Shown here piece by piece: positions 18,255 through 28,103 of a stretch of 40,206 nucleotides of DNA. Under the pieces are notes generated by a model that searched no databases, was not told where the DNA came from, and saw only the letters and a program-made list of their open reading frames with translations. Positions within the stretch are counted from its first letter, which is position 1, and each line of letters opens with the position of its first letter. The translations under genes and the position numbers were made by a program. The stretch comes from an uncultured Candidatus Nitrosotenuis sp. Its GTDB lineage: Archaea > Thermoproteota > Nitrososphaeria > Nitrososphaerales > Nitrosopumilaceae. Where the stretch lies: the NCBI GenBank assembly GCA_964402265.1, contig CAYOBG010000001.1, positions 28,419-68,624 of the forward strand, written 5' to 3'.

Positions 18255-19283
18255 ATGGTCAAAAAATCTGTCTTAATGGTAGTTGCCAAATATCCAGCAA
18301 CATATGGACACACAACAGTAATCAACAATCTATGTAGAGGATTAAAAGAATTAGGTCACAGAACAGCCATAGGAGCCTTTTCTTTTGAGGCAGAGCCACC
18401 TAAAGGAGTGGAGAAAGTAAAATTGAGCAGAATTAGACTACTCGAATCAGGAGTTTCATCATTAGAGTTTGATATTATACATCCTCACCAAGCCCAAGTT
18501 CTTTACTATTTATTATTTAAAAAACCAAACAAACCCATCATATTTCACTATCACGCAGCTTCGAATATCATACAAGAATTAAATCTGAAAGTGTCAATGG
18601 GATTGCTAAAAAAACGAATTACAAAGACGATATGTGTTTCAAAAAAAGCTTTGCATCATCTAACATATTGGGCAGGAGAATGCGATGCCACAGTAATTTA
18701 CAATGGAGTTGATACAAATTTTTATCATCCAAATTTGGATAGCCCGTACAAAAAGGGTTCGCCACAACTTCTTTTTGTTAGTGTTTTACGAAAATATAAA
18801 AAAACATCTGAATTGATTAATGCCATGCCAGAATTATTAAAAAAATATCCACAAGCACACTTACAGATTGTTGGCAATGGTGAAGATTTTAAAAAATTGA
18901 AAGAAATTATTTATAAAAAAAATCTTGGAAAACACGTTGAGATGACAGGTAGAATAGATGATGAGGAGTTAAGAATGAGATACGCTTCATGTGACATGTA
19001 TGTTTCTGCGAGTAGGAACGAACATTGTCCAGTACCAACCTTTGAAGCTATGGCATGTGGAAAACCTCTAGTTTTATCAAAATTGGAATCACATATTGAG
19101 ATTTTAGATGCATCTAAAGCAGGATTAGGATTTTCTTTTTCTGATAGTGCTGACCTGTGTGACAAAATTGACAAAGTATTTCAGAATAGAATTAGTTTTA
19201 GTAATGACGCATTAAAATATGCAGGAACACATGATTTGCAAAAATTTTGTAAACGGGTTCAAGCCGTATATGATGAAGTTTAG
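18255..19283 (+). CDS. Glycosyltransferase family 4
   Basis: VIYNGVD, LQIVGNG, SRNEHCPVPTFEAMACGKP (ExxxxxxxE). Confidence 0.88.
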   Translation: MVKKSVLMVVAKYPATYGHTTVINNLCRGLKELGHRTAIGAFSFEAEPPKGVEKVKLSRIRLLESGVSSLEFDIIHPHQAQVLYYLLFKKPNKPIIFHYHAASNIIQELNLKVSMGLLKKRITKTICVSKKALHHLTYWAGECDATVIYNGVDTNFYHPNLDSPYKKGSPQLLFVSVLRKYKKTSELINAMPELLKKYPQAHLQIVGNGEDFKKLKEIIYKKNLGKHVEMTGRIDDEELRMRYASCDMYVSASRNEHCPVPTFEAMACGKPLVLSKLESHIEILDASKAGLGFSFSDSADLCDKIDKVFQNRISFSNDALKYAGTHDLQKFCKRVQAVYDEV

Positions 19284-19368
19284 TTAACTGTATATGTTTT
19301 AAATACGCAAGATAAAAGATGCTGATATGATAAAAACTGTCAAGTCTTCTAATGAGTGAGGGAATTAA

Positions 19369-20340
19369 TTGGAAAGTTTTGAATTTAATTCTGTTTTAGT
19401 AACCGGCGGAGCAGGATTTATTGGCAGCCATATAGCAGAAAAGCTCACAGATTCTGGGATAAATGTTAAAGTTGTTGATAATCTCGTAACAGGTAAAAAA
19501 AGAAATTTGGCAAAATGTTTGGATAAAAAAAACTTTCGATTGTATGAATTAGATTTGGGTAACTTGGATGACAGTGATGAATTTCTTAGTGATGTTGATG
19601 TTGTTTTTCACATGGCAGCTGATCCTGAGGTAAGAACGGGTTACGACAAGCCAGAAGACTCTTTCAATCAAAATATTCGAAATACCTTTAATTTATTGCA
19701 AAAAATCAGACATTCTAAGGTTAAAAAAATAGTATTTGCATCTTCTTCATCAGTATATGGAGATGCAACGATTTTGCCTACTCCAGAAAATTATAGTCCA
19801 TTATTACCAATATCACATTATGGTGCCTCTAAACTAGCTTGTGAGGCGATGATTTCTTCTTTTTGTCATAATTATAATATGAAAGGAATCATTGTTCGTC
19901 CGGCTAACGTCATTGGAGCTCGTGGTCGTCATGGATTAATTTGGGATTTAGTTCACAAGCTAAAAAACGATAATTCAAAATTAGAGATTTTAGGAGACGG
20001 GAAACAAGTTAAGTCTTTCATACACATAAACGACGGAATTGAGGGTATTTTTCACTTAGTTTCAAAAGTGAAGGAGAACGTGGGAATTTTTAATCTTGGA
20101 AGCGATGATAGCATAGAAATCATGACCGTGGCTAAAACAGTTTGTAAAAATATGAATTTACCAGACATCAACATCTACACTACCGGTGGCATAGATGGCG
20201 GCAGGGGTTGGAAAGGAGATATTAAAAAGGCCCATTTAGATATTACAAAATTGAAAAACCTTGGCTGGAAGCCAAAAATGTCTAGTGCTGAGGCAGTAGA
20301 CTTAACTTCACGTGAAATAATAACTGAAGTAATACAATAA
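19369..20340 (+). CDS. NAD-dependent epimerase (UDP-glucose 4-epimerase-like, archaeal type)
   Basis: VTGGAGFIGSH, HMAADPEVR, SSSSVYG, YGASKLACE, LGDGKQ.KS, GRGWKGD. Confidence 0.88.
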   Translation: MESFEFNSVLVTGGAGFIGSHIAEKLTDSGINVKVVDNLVTGKKRNLAKCLDKKNFRLYELDLGNLDDSDEFLSDVDVVFHMAADPEVRTGYDKPEDSFNQNIRNTFNLLQKIRHSKVKKIVFASSSSVYGDATILPTPENYSPLLPISHYGASKLACEAMISSFCHNYNMKGIIVRPANVIGARGRHGLIWDLVHKLKNDNSKLEILGDGKQVKSFIHINDGIEGIFHLVSKVKENVGIFNLGSDDSIEIMTVAKTVCKNMNLPDINIYTTGGIDGGRGWKGDIKKAHLDITKLKNLGWKPKMSSAEAVDLTSREIITEVIQ

Positions 20341-20377
20341 TTGTTTTTTAGTGAATAATAATTATAGGGTGTAAAAG

Positions 20378-21367
20378 TTGACTCAAATTTCATACTCTGA
20401 TAAAATAATGGCACATGTAAAATACTGGGGTGATTTTTTCCAGATGATTTCCAATGTAAGAAAAACTTTTCAGAATCCATTAAAGTTACTTTTTCGATCT
20501 TTCAAAAATGATTTCCCAATAAATGCTGTTTTAAAAAACGGCAATAAAATTAAAGTGAAGACATTTAATTCTATGTTTTTTATTTCTAATGTTCCTAAAA
20601 ATCAACAGATCAATTATGACATCGAAAAGGACATAGTTACACTATATCAAGAAGAGGAATCGATTAGAAAAGAGATTATTCTTCGTGGGGGAATAAATAA
20701 TGGGGACATAGTTAATACATTTTTCAAAAAGGATTATGCAGATATTTCAGTAAAAGGAAAAACAATTTTGGACATTGGAGCAAATATTGGAGATACTGGA
20801 ATATTTTATGCGTTAAATGGAGCAAAAAAAGTGATTGGTGTTGAACCTTTTCCAAAAAACTTTCAATTAGCCAGAGAAAATGTTATTGCAAATAAGCTTG
20901 AGGATACAATTAAGCTGTTACAAGCTGGATGTTCATCAAAAAATGGAATCGTGAAAATTGATCCGGAATATCAAAGTAATATTGAGAGTAAGCTGAGGAA
21001 TTTTGTAAATGGAGTTGATGTACCTTTATTAACCCTTCAAGAAATAATAGAAAAATTTGAGATTCCAAAGAATTCAGTCTTAAAGATAGATTGTGAAGGG
21101 TGTGAATACGACATAATTGAGAATACTCCTATAGAAACTCTTACTCATTTTAGTAGTATGCAAATAGAATATCATTCAGGCTTTTATAATTTAAAACGTA
21201 AATTGGAATCAATAGGCTATAAGGTTACAGTAACAAAACCTCATGCAACAGATGTAGTCAATTCTTTGTTTAGTTCTTTTAAATTAAAGGATCATAATTC
21301 ACGATACAAAAAAATTAATCATAAAATAGGATACTCTGGATTCATTCTAGCTTTTAAAAATAATTAA
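20378..21367 (+). CDS. FkbM family SAM methyltransferase
   Basis: ILDIGANIGD, VEPFP, LKIDCEGCEY, IEYH. Confidence 0.88.
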   Translation: MTQISYSDKIMAHVKYWGDFFQMISNVRKTFQNPLKLLFRSFKNDFPINAVLKNGNKIKVKTFNSMFFISNVPKNQQINYDIEKDIVTLYQEEESIRKEIILRGGINNGDIVNTFFKKDYADISVKGKTILDIGANIGDTGIFYALNGAKKVIGVEPFPKNFQLARENVIANKLEDTIKLLQAGCSSKNGIVKIDPEYQSNIESKLRNFVNGVDVPLLTLQEIIEKFEIPKNSVLKIDCEGCEYDIIENTPIETLTHFSSMQIEYHSGFYNLKRKLESIGYKVTVTKPHATDVVNSLFSSFKLKDHNSRYKKINHKIGYSGFILAFKNN

Positions 21368-21517
21368 TTTTGGAATAGGACAAGTTGATGATTATTTTAT
21401 TGCATGATAAGATAATTTGTAGAAAATAAATCACATAACTCCTAATCCATACGTTAATACAGCAAGTGATATTCGCCCAAATTGCACATATAACAAGTAA
21501 AAGCTAGATACAAAAAA

Positions 21518-22420
21518 TTATTGATCCCAATTCAATTGTCTTTCTAAAAATTCTTCTAGTTTTTTATTATATGGCCTATAATAATCTAGTAATAAATTTC
21601 TAGTTTTTGCTTCCATTTTATCATACTCTCTTACATTTTTTTTCTCGGTATTTTTAATTGTGAAGTTAGGCAGGCCAAGAAATAGGAAAGTTTGTTTTAA
21701 TGTATCATGTAGATTACTTTCTAAGTCCTCTAATTTCAAAACAAGTATCTGATCCTTTGGAAATATCTCATACCATAATTTGATATGATCAATATATTTT
21801 CCAAACGATCTATATGGAGTTTTAATGTATTTCACATCATAATCATGAATTTCATCATTGCTAAGTTGTTTTATGAATACATTCCATCGATCATTGTCTT
21901 CATCAATAGTTTCTTCAAAAGAAGCAAATTCCTGATCAGCCAGATATGCATGTTGATAATGAGAGTATGCACGATCTACAGGATTACGTAGGAGTACTAT
22001 TATTTTCACATTAGGAATTAATTTATGAATTCTTTGAGGAGCAAAAGGATGAATTACGTATAGCGGAGATGCTTCTCCAGTAATAAATCGATGTTTTGTT
22101 TTTTTTTCTACTTTTTTCTTGGTAAAGATAGTTGGGAAATATGTTTGATACCAACTTGGACCTCTCCAATATGCTAAATCAAAATAATGTATTTCTTTTC
22201 TTGATGCATGACCTACATTCGGATGCTGACAAATGTAATCATAGAGCGATGTTGTGCCACATTTATGATATCCAATAATAATAAAATCAGGTTTTAGTCT
22301 AAAAGAACTAGTAATAGTTCTGAAAGTTCTGTCTAAAGAAATATTGTATGGATTCAATCGCGGATGTTTTAATAGCCAGTTTCTTGTTTTTGTATGAAGA
22401 GACAACTTAGTTTTATTCAT
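21518..22420 (-). CDS. PAPS-dependent sulfotransferase (heparan-sulfate 3-O-sulfotransferase-like)
   Basis: 5'-PSB PDFIIIGYHKCGTTSLY, KEIHYFD, GEASPLY, 3'-PB LRNPVDRAYSHY. Confidence 0.9.
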   Translation of the reverse strand: MNKTKLSLHTKTRNWLLKHPRLNPYNISLDRTFRTITSSFRLKPDFIIIGYHKCGTTSLYDYICQHPNVGHASRKEIHYFDLAYWRGPSWYQTYFPTIFTKKKVEKKTKHRFITGEASPLYVIHPFAPQRIHKLIPNVKIIVLLRNPVDRAYSHYQHAYLADQEFASFEETIDEDNDRWNVFIKQLSNDEIHDYDVKYIKTPYRSFGKYIDHIKLWYEIFPKDQILVLKLEDLESNLHDTLKQTFLFLGLPNFTIKNTEKKNVREYDKMEAKTRNLLLDYYRPYNKKLEEFLERQLNWDQ

Positions 22421-22536
22421 ACAAATTATGTTTTTTAGAATTATTTAAAGCGAAATGTAACGAATCGTTAGGTTTTAAGAATTATTAAATCAATATAATA
22501 ATATCAAATTTTCTAGAGAAGATCAATAACACTAAT

Positions 22537-23220
22537 TTAATTATTTAAAACTACTTCTATAACAGTCTCATCCCAACGTTTTCCATTTTTATCCATATTT
22601 TCTTGTTTTCGGATCAGAAATTCTTTCTCAGTCAAACCAGATCTGAGTAAAGTTTCTTTTGTTTTTTTAACTGATAAATCGTTATAATAACAATTATCAT
22701 CATCTCGCCAATGCATATTATGTTCGTTTAATTCAGGAAAGAAACCTCTGTAGGAATTAATATAAGCATATTTTTTACATGATTTAATTATTCTTCGCAG
22801 AAACTCGTCAACATCATAAACATGATCTATTACCGCATGTGAATATACTAGATCGTATTTGTTTGGCAAATCCATTTTTAAGAAATCTCCTTGAATGAAT
22901 TCAAAATTCGAATGTGTTCTACAAAAATCAATGTTTGCTTTTGAGAAATCAATGCCTGTGTATATTTTATCTTGGAAGAGATCTTTGTATTTGATCGGAT
23001 ATACACCTGTGCCACAACCAACTTCCAATATTGTTTTAATATCTTTTTTAGAGTTGAAATAATTCATAAAATTCTCATGTAGTTCGTTGTTTTGATTATG
23101 AATTTCATCATACCACTTACTATCTGCCTTCTGCCATTGTTCGTTACCGTATTTGGATTTGCCAATAAATCTAGTTTTAAAATTTCTAAGAACGGTTTTA
23201 GAAATCGCTTGAATATCCAT
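22537..23220 (-). CDS. Class I SAM-dependent methyltransferase
   Basis: ILEVGCGTG, YTGIDFS, GDF, YDLVYSHAVIDH; start ATG 23220 or TTG 23244. Confidence 0.82.
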   Translation of the reverse strand: MDIQAISKTVLRNFKTRFIGKSKYGNEQWQKADSKWYDEIHNQNNELHENFMNYFNSKKDIKTILEVGCGTGVYPIKYKDLFQDKIYTGIDFSKANIDFCRTHSNFEFIQGDFLKMDLPNKYDLVYSHAVIDHVYDVDEFLRRIIKSCKKYAYINSYRGFFPELNEHNMHWRDDDNCYYNDLSVKKTKETLLRSGLTEKEFLIRKQENMDKNGKRWDETVIEVVLNN

Positions 23221-23334
23221 ATTACATGCAATGAATAAAGACAATTAAAGTATTACATTATGCGTTCTAAATCGCAGTAAAATAGACAAATTAATTACGA
23301 AAAATAGATAAACGATGGAAGAACACGAAAAAAA

Positions 23335-24195
23335 ATGGTTGAAGATAAACGTAGAAAATTATTAGACTCTGGTAGAAGATTAGTCAAAAAATATCCTTAT
23401 TTTCGGCCATTTCTTGCATCTGGGAAATTCTTTCTTAAGAATAGTAATGAAGTAAAACCACGTTTTTCTGGATGGGGCATGACATCAAATCACGAATTAC
23501 CATGGAATGATAATTATCAAGGAGAAATTTTTAGAAAGGCAAATCAAGATTTAATAAAACAAATGACATTTGACAAAAAACAATTCGGATACTATTACTC
23601 TCACCCAGAAGAATTACTTTGGCGACATTGGAATATATCATATGCGATTAATTGGATAATAAAATTTGTAAAAACTACAGAATATAATTTTGTCGAGTGT
23701 GGCGTTGGACAGGGTTTCACAGCATTTTTCGCTTTACGAGAAGCAATCGGGAATACAAAAATTTCTTCCAATTTTTCTATGCATCTTTATGATTCTTGGA
23801 AAATAATGAGAGAGCAAGACATGCCAAAAGGAATGAAAGATTATTGGGCATCATCATATGATAAACTTGACATAAACATTACTCAACAAAACTTAAGTGA
23901 ATTTAAAAATAATTTAATATTTCATAATGGATATATTCCAGAATCATTATTTGAAGAACCTAAGGCTCCAGACACCATAGTATACTTGCATATTGATCTT
24001 AATTCACATAAACCAACATTGGATGCATTAAAGTTTTTTTATCCAAGAGTAGTGCATGGTGCCATTATGATTTTTGACGATTATGGGCATGCTGGATTTG
24101 AAGAGACAAAAATGGTAATCGATGAATTCTTTCGTGACAAACCGGGTTTGTTACAGAAACTTCCTACAGGTCAGGCAATATATTATCATAATTAG
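23335..24195 (+). CDS. TylF/MycF/NovP-related sugar O-methyltransferase
   Basis: FVECGVGQG, LYDSW, GYIPESL, LHIDLN, IFDDYG, LPTGQ. Confidence 0.82.
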   Translation: MVEDKRRKLLDSGRRLVKKYPYFRPFLASGKFFLKNSNEVKPRFSGWGMTSNHELPWNDNYQGEIFRKANQDLIKQMTFDKKQFGYYYSHPEELLWRHWNISYAINWIIKFVKTTEYNFVECGVGQGFTAFFALREAIGNTKISSNFSMHLYDSWKIMREQDMPKGMKDYWASSYDKLDINITQQNLSEFKNNLIFHNGYIPESLFEEPKAPDTIVYLHIDLNSHKPTLDALKFFYPRVVHGAIMIFDDYGHAGFEETKMVIDEFFRDKPGLLQKLPTGQAIYYHN

Positions 24196-24274
24196 ATAAA
24201 AATTACTTTTGAAAGAATGATAAGAGAAACTATGTTGGTTAAGTGCGGATTGCTTTATTTTCATGAAAAAAATT

Positions 24275-24775
24275 TTATTTCATGTTTTTGGGTTTGGCTA
24301 TATATCCACCCGCTATTAAAATTTCCAAGTCCTTAATGATTTTTTTGATCTCTGCTATTTCTTCGTCGTTTAATTTTTCATTATTTGAGATCTTTAATAG
24401 CATTAGAGTCATCATCCTATACATAGGAAATGTCACTTTGATTTGGTGCCCAGGTTGAAGTTTGAATATCCATTGATTTGATTCTGCACCTATATCGAGT
24501 TCGGAAGTGTATGTCGGAATTCTTTTAAAATGAATGTATCCAGCAAGAACTAAAAGTGGAATTCCGGCACAGGTGACTATTAGAACATACAAAAAGAATG
24601 TTGGAAAAATAATCTGTAATGCCGGAATTTTTTCTATTGCCAAATAATATGTTACTACTAAAGTATTAACAGAGGCAAAAATAAATGTAAAATAGGTTGC
24701 CCAACCAGTTCTAAAGTAATACCAAGCACGAAAAGCTAATTTCTTATTCACGGTCAACATCTCTTGTAACCCCAT
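24275..24775 (-). CDS. Hypothetical membrane protein (about 2 TM helices)
   Basis: Clean 166-aa ORF filling the intergenic space; hydrophobic YFTFIFASVNTLVVTYYLAI and FFLYVLIVTCAGIPLLVLAGY. Confidence 0.7.
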   Translation of the reverse strand: MGLQEMLTVNKKLAFRAWYYFRTGWATYFTFIFASVNTLVVTYYLAIEKIPALQIIFPTFFLYVLIVTCAGIPLLVLAGYIHFKRIPTYTSELDIGAESNQWIFKLQPGHQIKVTFPMYRMMTLMLLKISNNEKLNDEEIAEIKKIIKDLEILIAGGYIAKPKNMK

Positions 24776-24818
24776 ATATAAGAATTAATTATATTCATGA
24801 AATTATCACGTAATCATA

Positions 24819-25886
24819 TTGCGAGTATTAATAGCTGTAGATAAGACCAGATTTGATTATTTAATTCCATTTTCAAAAGCACTTTCAAAATACAACATAG
24901 AATGCAAAATCGTTAACGATCTTGATATATACGATAATTCATTTTTTTCCAAAAAAATACTGCGTTGGATAAAAGAACCAGAAAAATTTGGAAAATTGAT
25001 TAGAGAGTTTAGTCCAGATGTTGTATTTACAGAAAGAGTCAGTCAGTTTAGCTTACTAATCATTAAGAAGAAAATCCCGTTGTTAGTTTTCTTACGTGGG
25101 GATTATTGGAAAGAATTGAAATTTGCAAAAGAAACTATTCATTCATCTGTTCAAAAAAAACTAGAACTATTTCTCAAGAATAGAGTTGCAGAGAAATGCT
25201 TTGAAAATTCAACCATAATATTGCCAATTTGTAATTATCTAACAAATATAATAAAAGATAGATATCCAAAGAAAAAAATTTCTATGTTATATCAGGGGAT
25301 AGATGTTGATTCTTGGAAAAATATACCCAAGAAAAAACTAAAGAGTCCTTCTGTTGGGTTGTTGCAAGGGGCACATATTTGGGGTAAGGCTGAAGAAATG
25401 CTCATTTTGGATGATGTATTGGACAAGTTTCCCAATGTGACATTTTATTGGGCCGGTGATGGTCCCTATAGAAATAAAATTCTTCCAATATTGAACAAAC
25501 ATGATAATTTCAAGTGGCTTGGACATCTCAATTACCCCGAAAAAGTAAGAGAATTTTTATCAGAAATAGATGTCTACGCATTAATTTCAGGCATGGATAT
25601 GTCTCCACACTCATTACTAGAAGCATCTGCAATGCAAAAACCAGTCATTGCTACAAATGTAGGAGGAATTCCGGAACTGATGAGAAACAATGAGACGGGG
25701 TTTTTGGTGGAGAGGGGAAATTCAAAGGATCTTTGTGAAAAAATTTCATTGCTAATAAACGATAAGGAAAGAGCTGTACAGATGGGATCATCCGGGCGTA
25801 AATTTGTAGAAGAAAATTTTAGTTGGGAGAAAATAGCTGAAGATTTTGTCAAAACATTAAAGAATTTTAATTTGTTTAATGATTAA
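24819..25886 (+). CDS. Glycosyltransferase family 4 (paralog A)
   Basis: WAGDGPY, DMSPHSLLEASAMQKPVIATNVGGIPE, FSWEKIA. Confidence 0.9.
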   Translation: MRVLIAVDKTRFDYLIPFSKALSKYNIECKIVNDLDIYDNSFFSKKILRWIKEPEKFGKLIREFSPDVVFTERVSQFSLLIIKKKIPLLVFLRGDYWKELKFAKETIHSSVQKKLELFLKNRVAEKCFENSTIILPICNYLTNIIKDRYPKKKISMLYQGIDVDSWKNIPKKKLKSPSVGLLQGAHIWGKAEEMLILDDVLDKFPNVTFYWAGDGPYRNKILPILNKHDNFKWLGHLNYPEKVREFLSEIDVYALISGMDMSPHSLLEASAMQKPVIATNVGGIPELMRNNETGFLVERGNSKDLCEKISLLINDKERAVQMGSSGRKFVEENFSWEKIAEDFVKTLKNFNLFND

Positions 25887-25891
25887 AGAAA

Positions 25892-26935
25892 TTACAATCT
25901 TTTACCGGTTATGTTTATACCACTTTCCATCTCATTGAAATAAATAATTTTTAGTCCCATATCTTTAAACCATTTTTTCACTTCGTCAGGGGTATGTCTA
26001 TATGCAAATTTTGGAAAATACCAATCATAGTTTACTCCAACACTGCGTTCAAAATTTTCATCTTCGGCCCAGAAACATTTCAAGAAATACCAGTAAATGA
26101 ATCTCTGAATATCATAAGTTCCTGCTTTAATTTGCAATACTGGAATATCTCGAGGGATTTTGATTTTTGCCTTCAAGTTTGATAATATTTTGCCCAGATA
26201 TGTCATGTGTTTTGAAAACTCGATGCATTCTTTTTCACTCATGTTTGTGGTAAATTGACGAATATAATCATCCGCAAACTCTCTCATTGGTGCTTTTTTC
26301 TTGTAAACATAGATTGAGATCTGCCCATTATTTTTCAACAAGGTTGTAAGAAATTTGAATGATGATTCTGTATCTTTTGTATGATGAAGAACTTGATCTG
26401 AACAAATGAAATCAAAGTATTTTTTCTTAAAAGGTAGTTTTCTAATGTCAGCTTGCAGAAAGTGAATGTTGGATTGATTTCCATATTTTTTGTAAGCAAA
26501 TTCTATACTGTCACTTGCATCAATTGCAAAAACTTCCGAATTAGGATTTGATGAGAAAAGTTTTGCACTATTTCCCAATCCAGTACCTGCATCTAATATT
26601 TTATTACGTGTTTTTAGAAAATTGTTAAATTTGTTAAGAGTTTTCCAGCCAAATCTATCTAAAAACCAGTTTTGTTGGAATTCAAACCATTTTTTCTCAT
26701 GATAAGATTTGTTGTATTTCTTCCATTTTGATGAAAACGCAGCTTCAGTTTTAACGAATCCTTTTGTTTCATCAACTACCAATCTTGGAATACCACGAAT
26801 AATTTTGAATATGTGCCCCCTAGAACAGCGTAATGAGCCTGTGATTATCTCTTGGTCTTTTTTTACTTTGATTTGGATCTTAAAGTCAGAATCACATAGA
26901 GGACAGATAATTTGGCCTACTAGAATTTCTTTCAT
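25892..26935 (-). CDS. Class I methyltransferase with N-terminal Trm112-like Zn-binding domain
   Basis: ICPLC...GSLRCSRGHIFKIIRGIPRL (Trm112-like); ILDAGTGLG, ADIRKLPF, FDFICSDQVLHHT. Confidence 0.82.
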   Translation of the reverse strand: MKEILVGQIICPLCDSDFKIQIKVKKDQEIITGSLRCSRGHIFKIIRGIPRLVVDETKGFVKTEAAFSSKWKKYNKSYHEKKWFEFQQNWFLDRFGWKTLNKFNNFLKTRNKILDAGTGLGNSAKLFSSNPNSEVFAIDASDSIEFAYKKYGNQSNIHFLQADIRKLPFKKKYFDFICSDQVLHHTKDTESSFKFLTTLLKNNGQISIYVYKKKAPMREFADDYIRQFTTNMSEKECIEFSKHMTYLGKILSNLKAKIKIPRDIPVLQIKAGTYDIQRFIYWYFLKCFWAEDENFERSVGVNYDWYFPKFAYRHTPDEVKKWFKDMGLKIIYFNEMESGINITGKRL

Positions 26936-27036
26936 AATGCTTCACACTTTACTGGCTTAAATAAAAATTAATTGCATTAAGTGAATTTTAATTGTTCAAC
27001 TTCACATATAATTATGAATCTACATAACAAAGCAAA

Positions 27037-28098
27037 TTGAAGATTCTCATAGCCGGATCTAAATCAAAATTTTTTCATTTAGAAGAATTCGGAGACGCCT
27101 TGACAAAATTTGACATGGAATACATGTTGGTTCACGACATAGATATTCAAGATGGTTTTCCTAGCAGAAATATTATGAATTGGTTTCAATCTCGAACCAA
27201 ATTCAATCGTTTGATTAAGGATTTTGGACCAGATGCGATTTTTGTTGACAGACAGAGACATTTTTCCTTGGCCGCAGTAGAAAGTGGCATACCAACATAC
27301 ATGCTTCTAAGAGGAGATTATTGGAGTGAGATGAAATGGGCAAAACATACACTATACAAAACCCCATCTAGAAGGATTGCTCTTTATCAGTGGAATAAGA
27401 TTGCAGAAAAGTGTTTTGAAAAAGCTACTATGATTATGCCAATTTGCAGATATCTGGAAGACGTTGTAAAGGAACACTATCCACAAAAAAAGACTGAGGT
27501 TTTGTATGGCGGAATTGATGCTTCACGATGGTATCCAGTTGAAGGGATGAAATTAGAACATCCATGTGTAGGATTACTACAAGGAGCGTGGATTTGGGGG
27601 AAAACACAAGAAATTCTCACACTCAAAAATGTAATTGAGTCACTGCCAGATATTACTTTTTACTGGGCAGGAGATGGTCCATACAGACAGAAGGTAACTG
27701 ACGTTTTGGGCAAATATAAGAACTTCAAGTGGCTTGGTGCTCTTCAATATCCAGATCAGGTAAGGCAATACATTGCATCACTTGATGTGTATGCACTGCC
27801 AAGCGGAATCGACATGTCTCCTTTGACATTACAAGAGGCACAGCTTATGAAAAAACCAGTAATTGCTACAAGTTCCGGAGGCATTCCAGAACTAATGAAG
27901 GACGGAGTAACAGGATTTTTGATTGAAAAAGGCGATCATAAAGCATGGATTGAAAAGATAACACTTTTGTTGAATGATAAAGAGATTGCACAAAAATTTG
28001 GTGAAAACGGTAGACATTTTGTGGAAACTGAGTTTAGCTGGGAAAAAATGGCGAAAAGATTTGTTAGCATAGTACAAAGGCAGCTATCAAAAAATTAA
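27037..28098 (+). CDS. Glycosyltransferase family 4 (paralog B)
   Basis: WAGDGPY, DMSPLTLQEAQLMKKPVIATSSGGIPE, FSWEKMA. Confidence 0.9.
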   Translation: MKILIAGSKSKFFHLEEFGDALTKFDMEYMLVHDIDIQDGFPSRNIMNWFQSRTKFNRLIKDFGPDAIFVDRQRHFSLAAVESGIPTYMLLRGDYWSEMKWAKHTLYKTPSRRIALYQWNKIAEKCFEKATMIMPICRYLEDVVKEHYPQKKTEVLYGGIDASRWYPVEGMKLEHPCVGLLQGAWIWGKTQEILTLKNVIESLPDITFYWAGDGPYRQKVTDVLGKYKNFKWLGALQYPDQVRQYIASLDVYALPSGIDMSPLTLQEAQLMKKPVIATSSGGIPELMKDGVTGFLIEKGDHKAWIEKITLLLNDKEIAQKFGENGRHFVETEFSWEKMAKRFVSIVQRQLSKN

Positions 28099-28103
28099 AA
28101 TAT

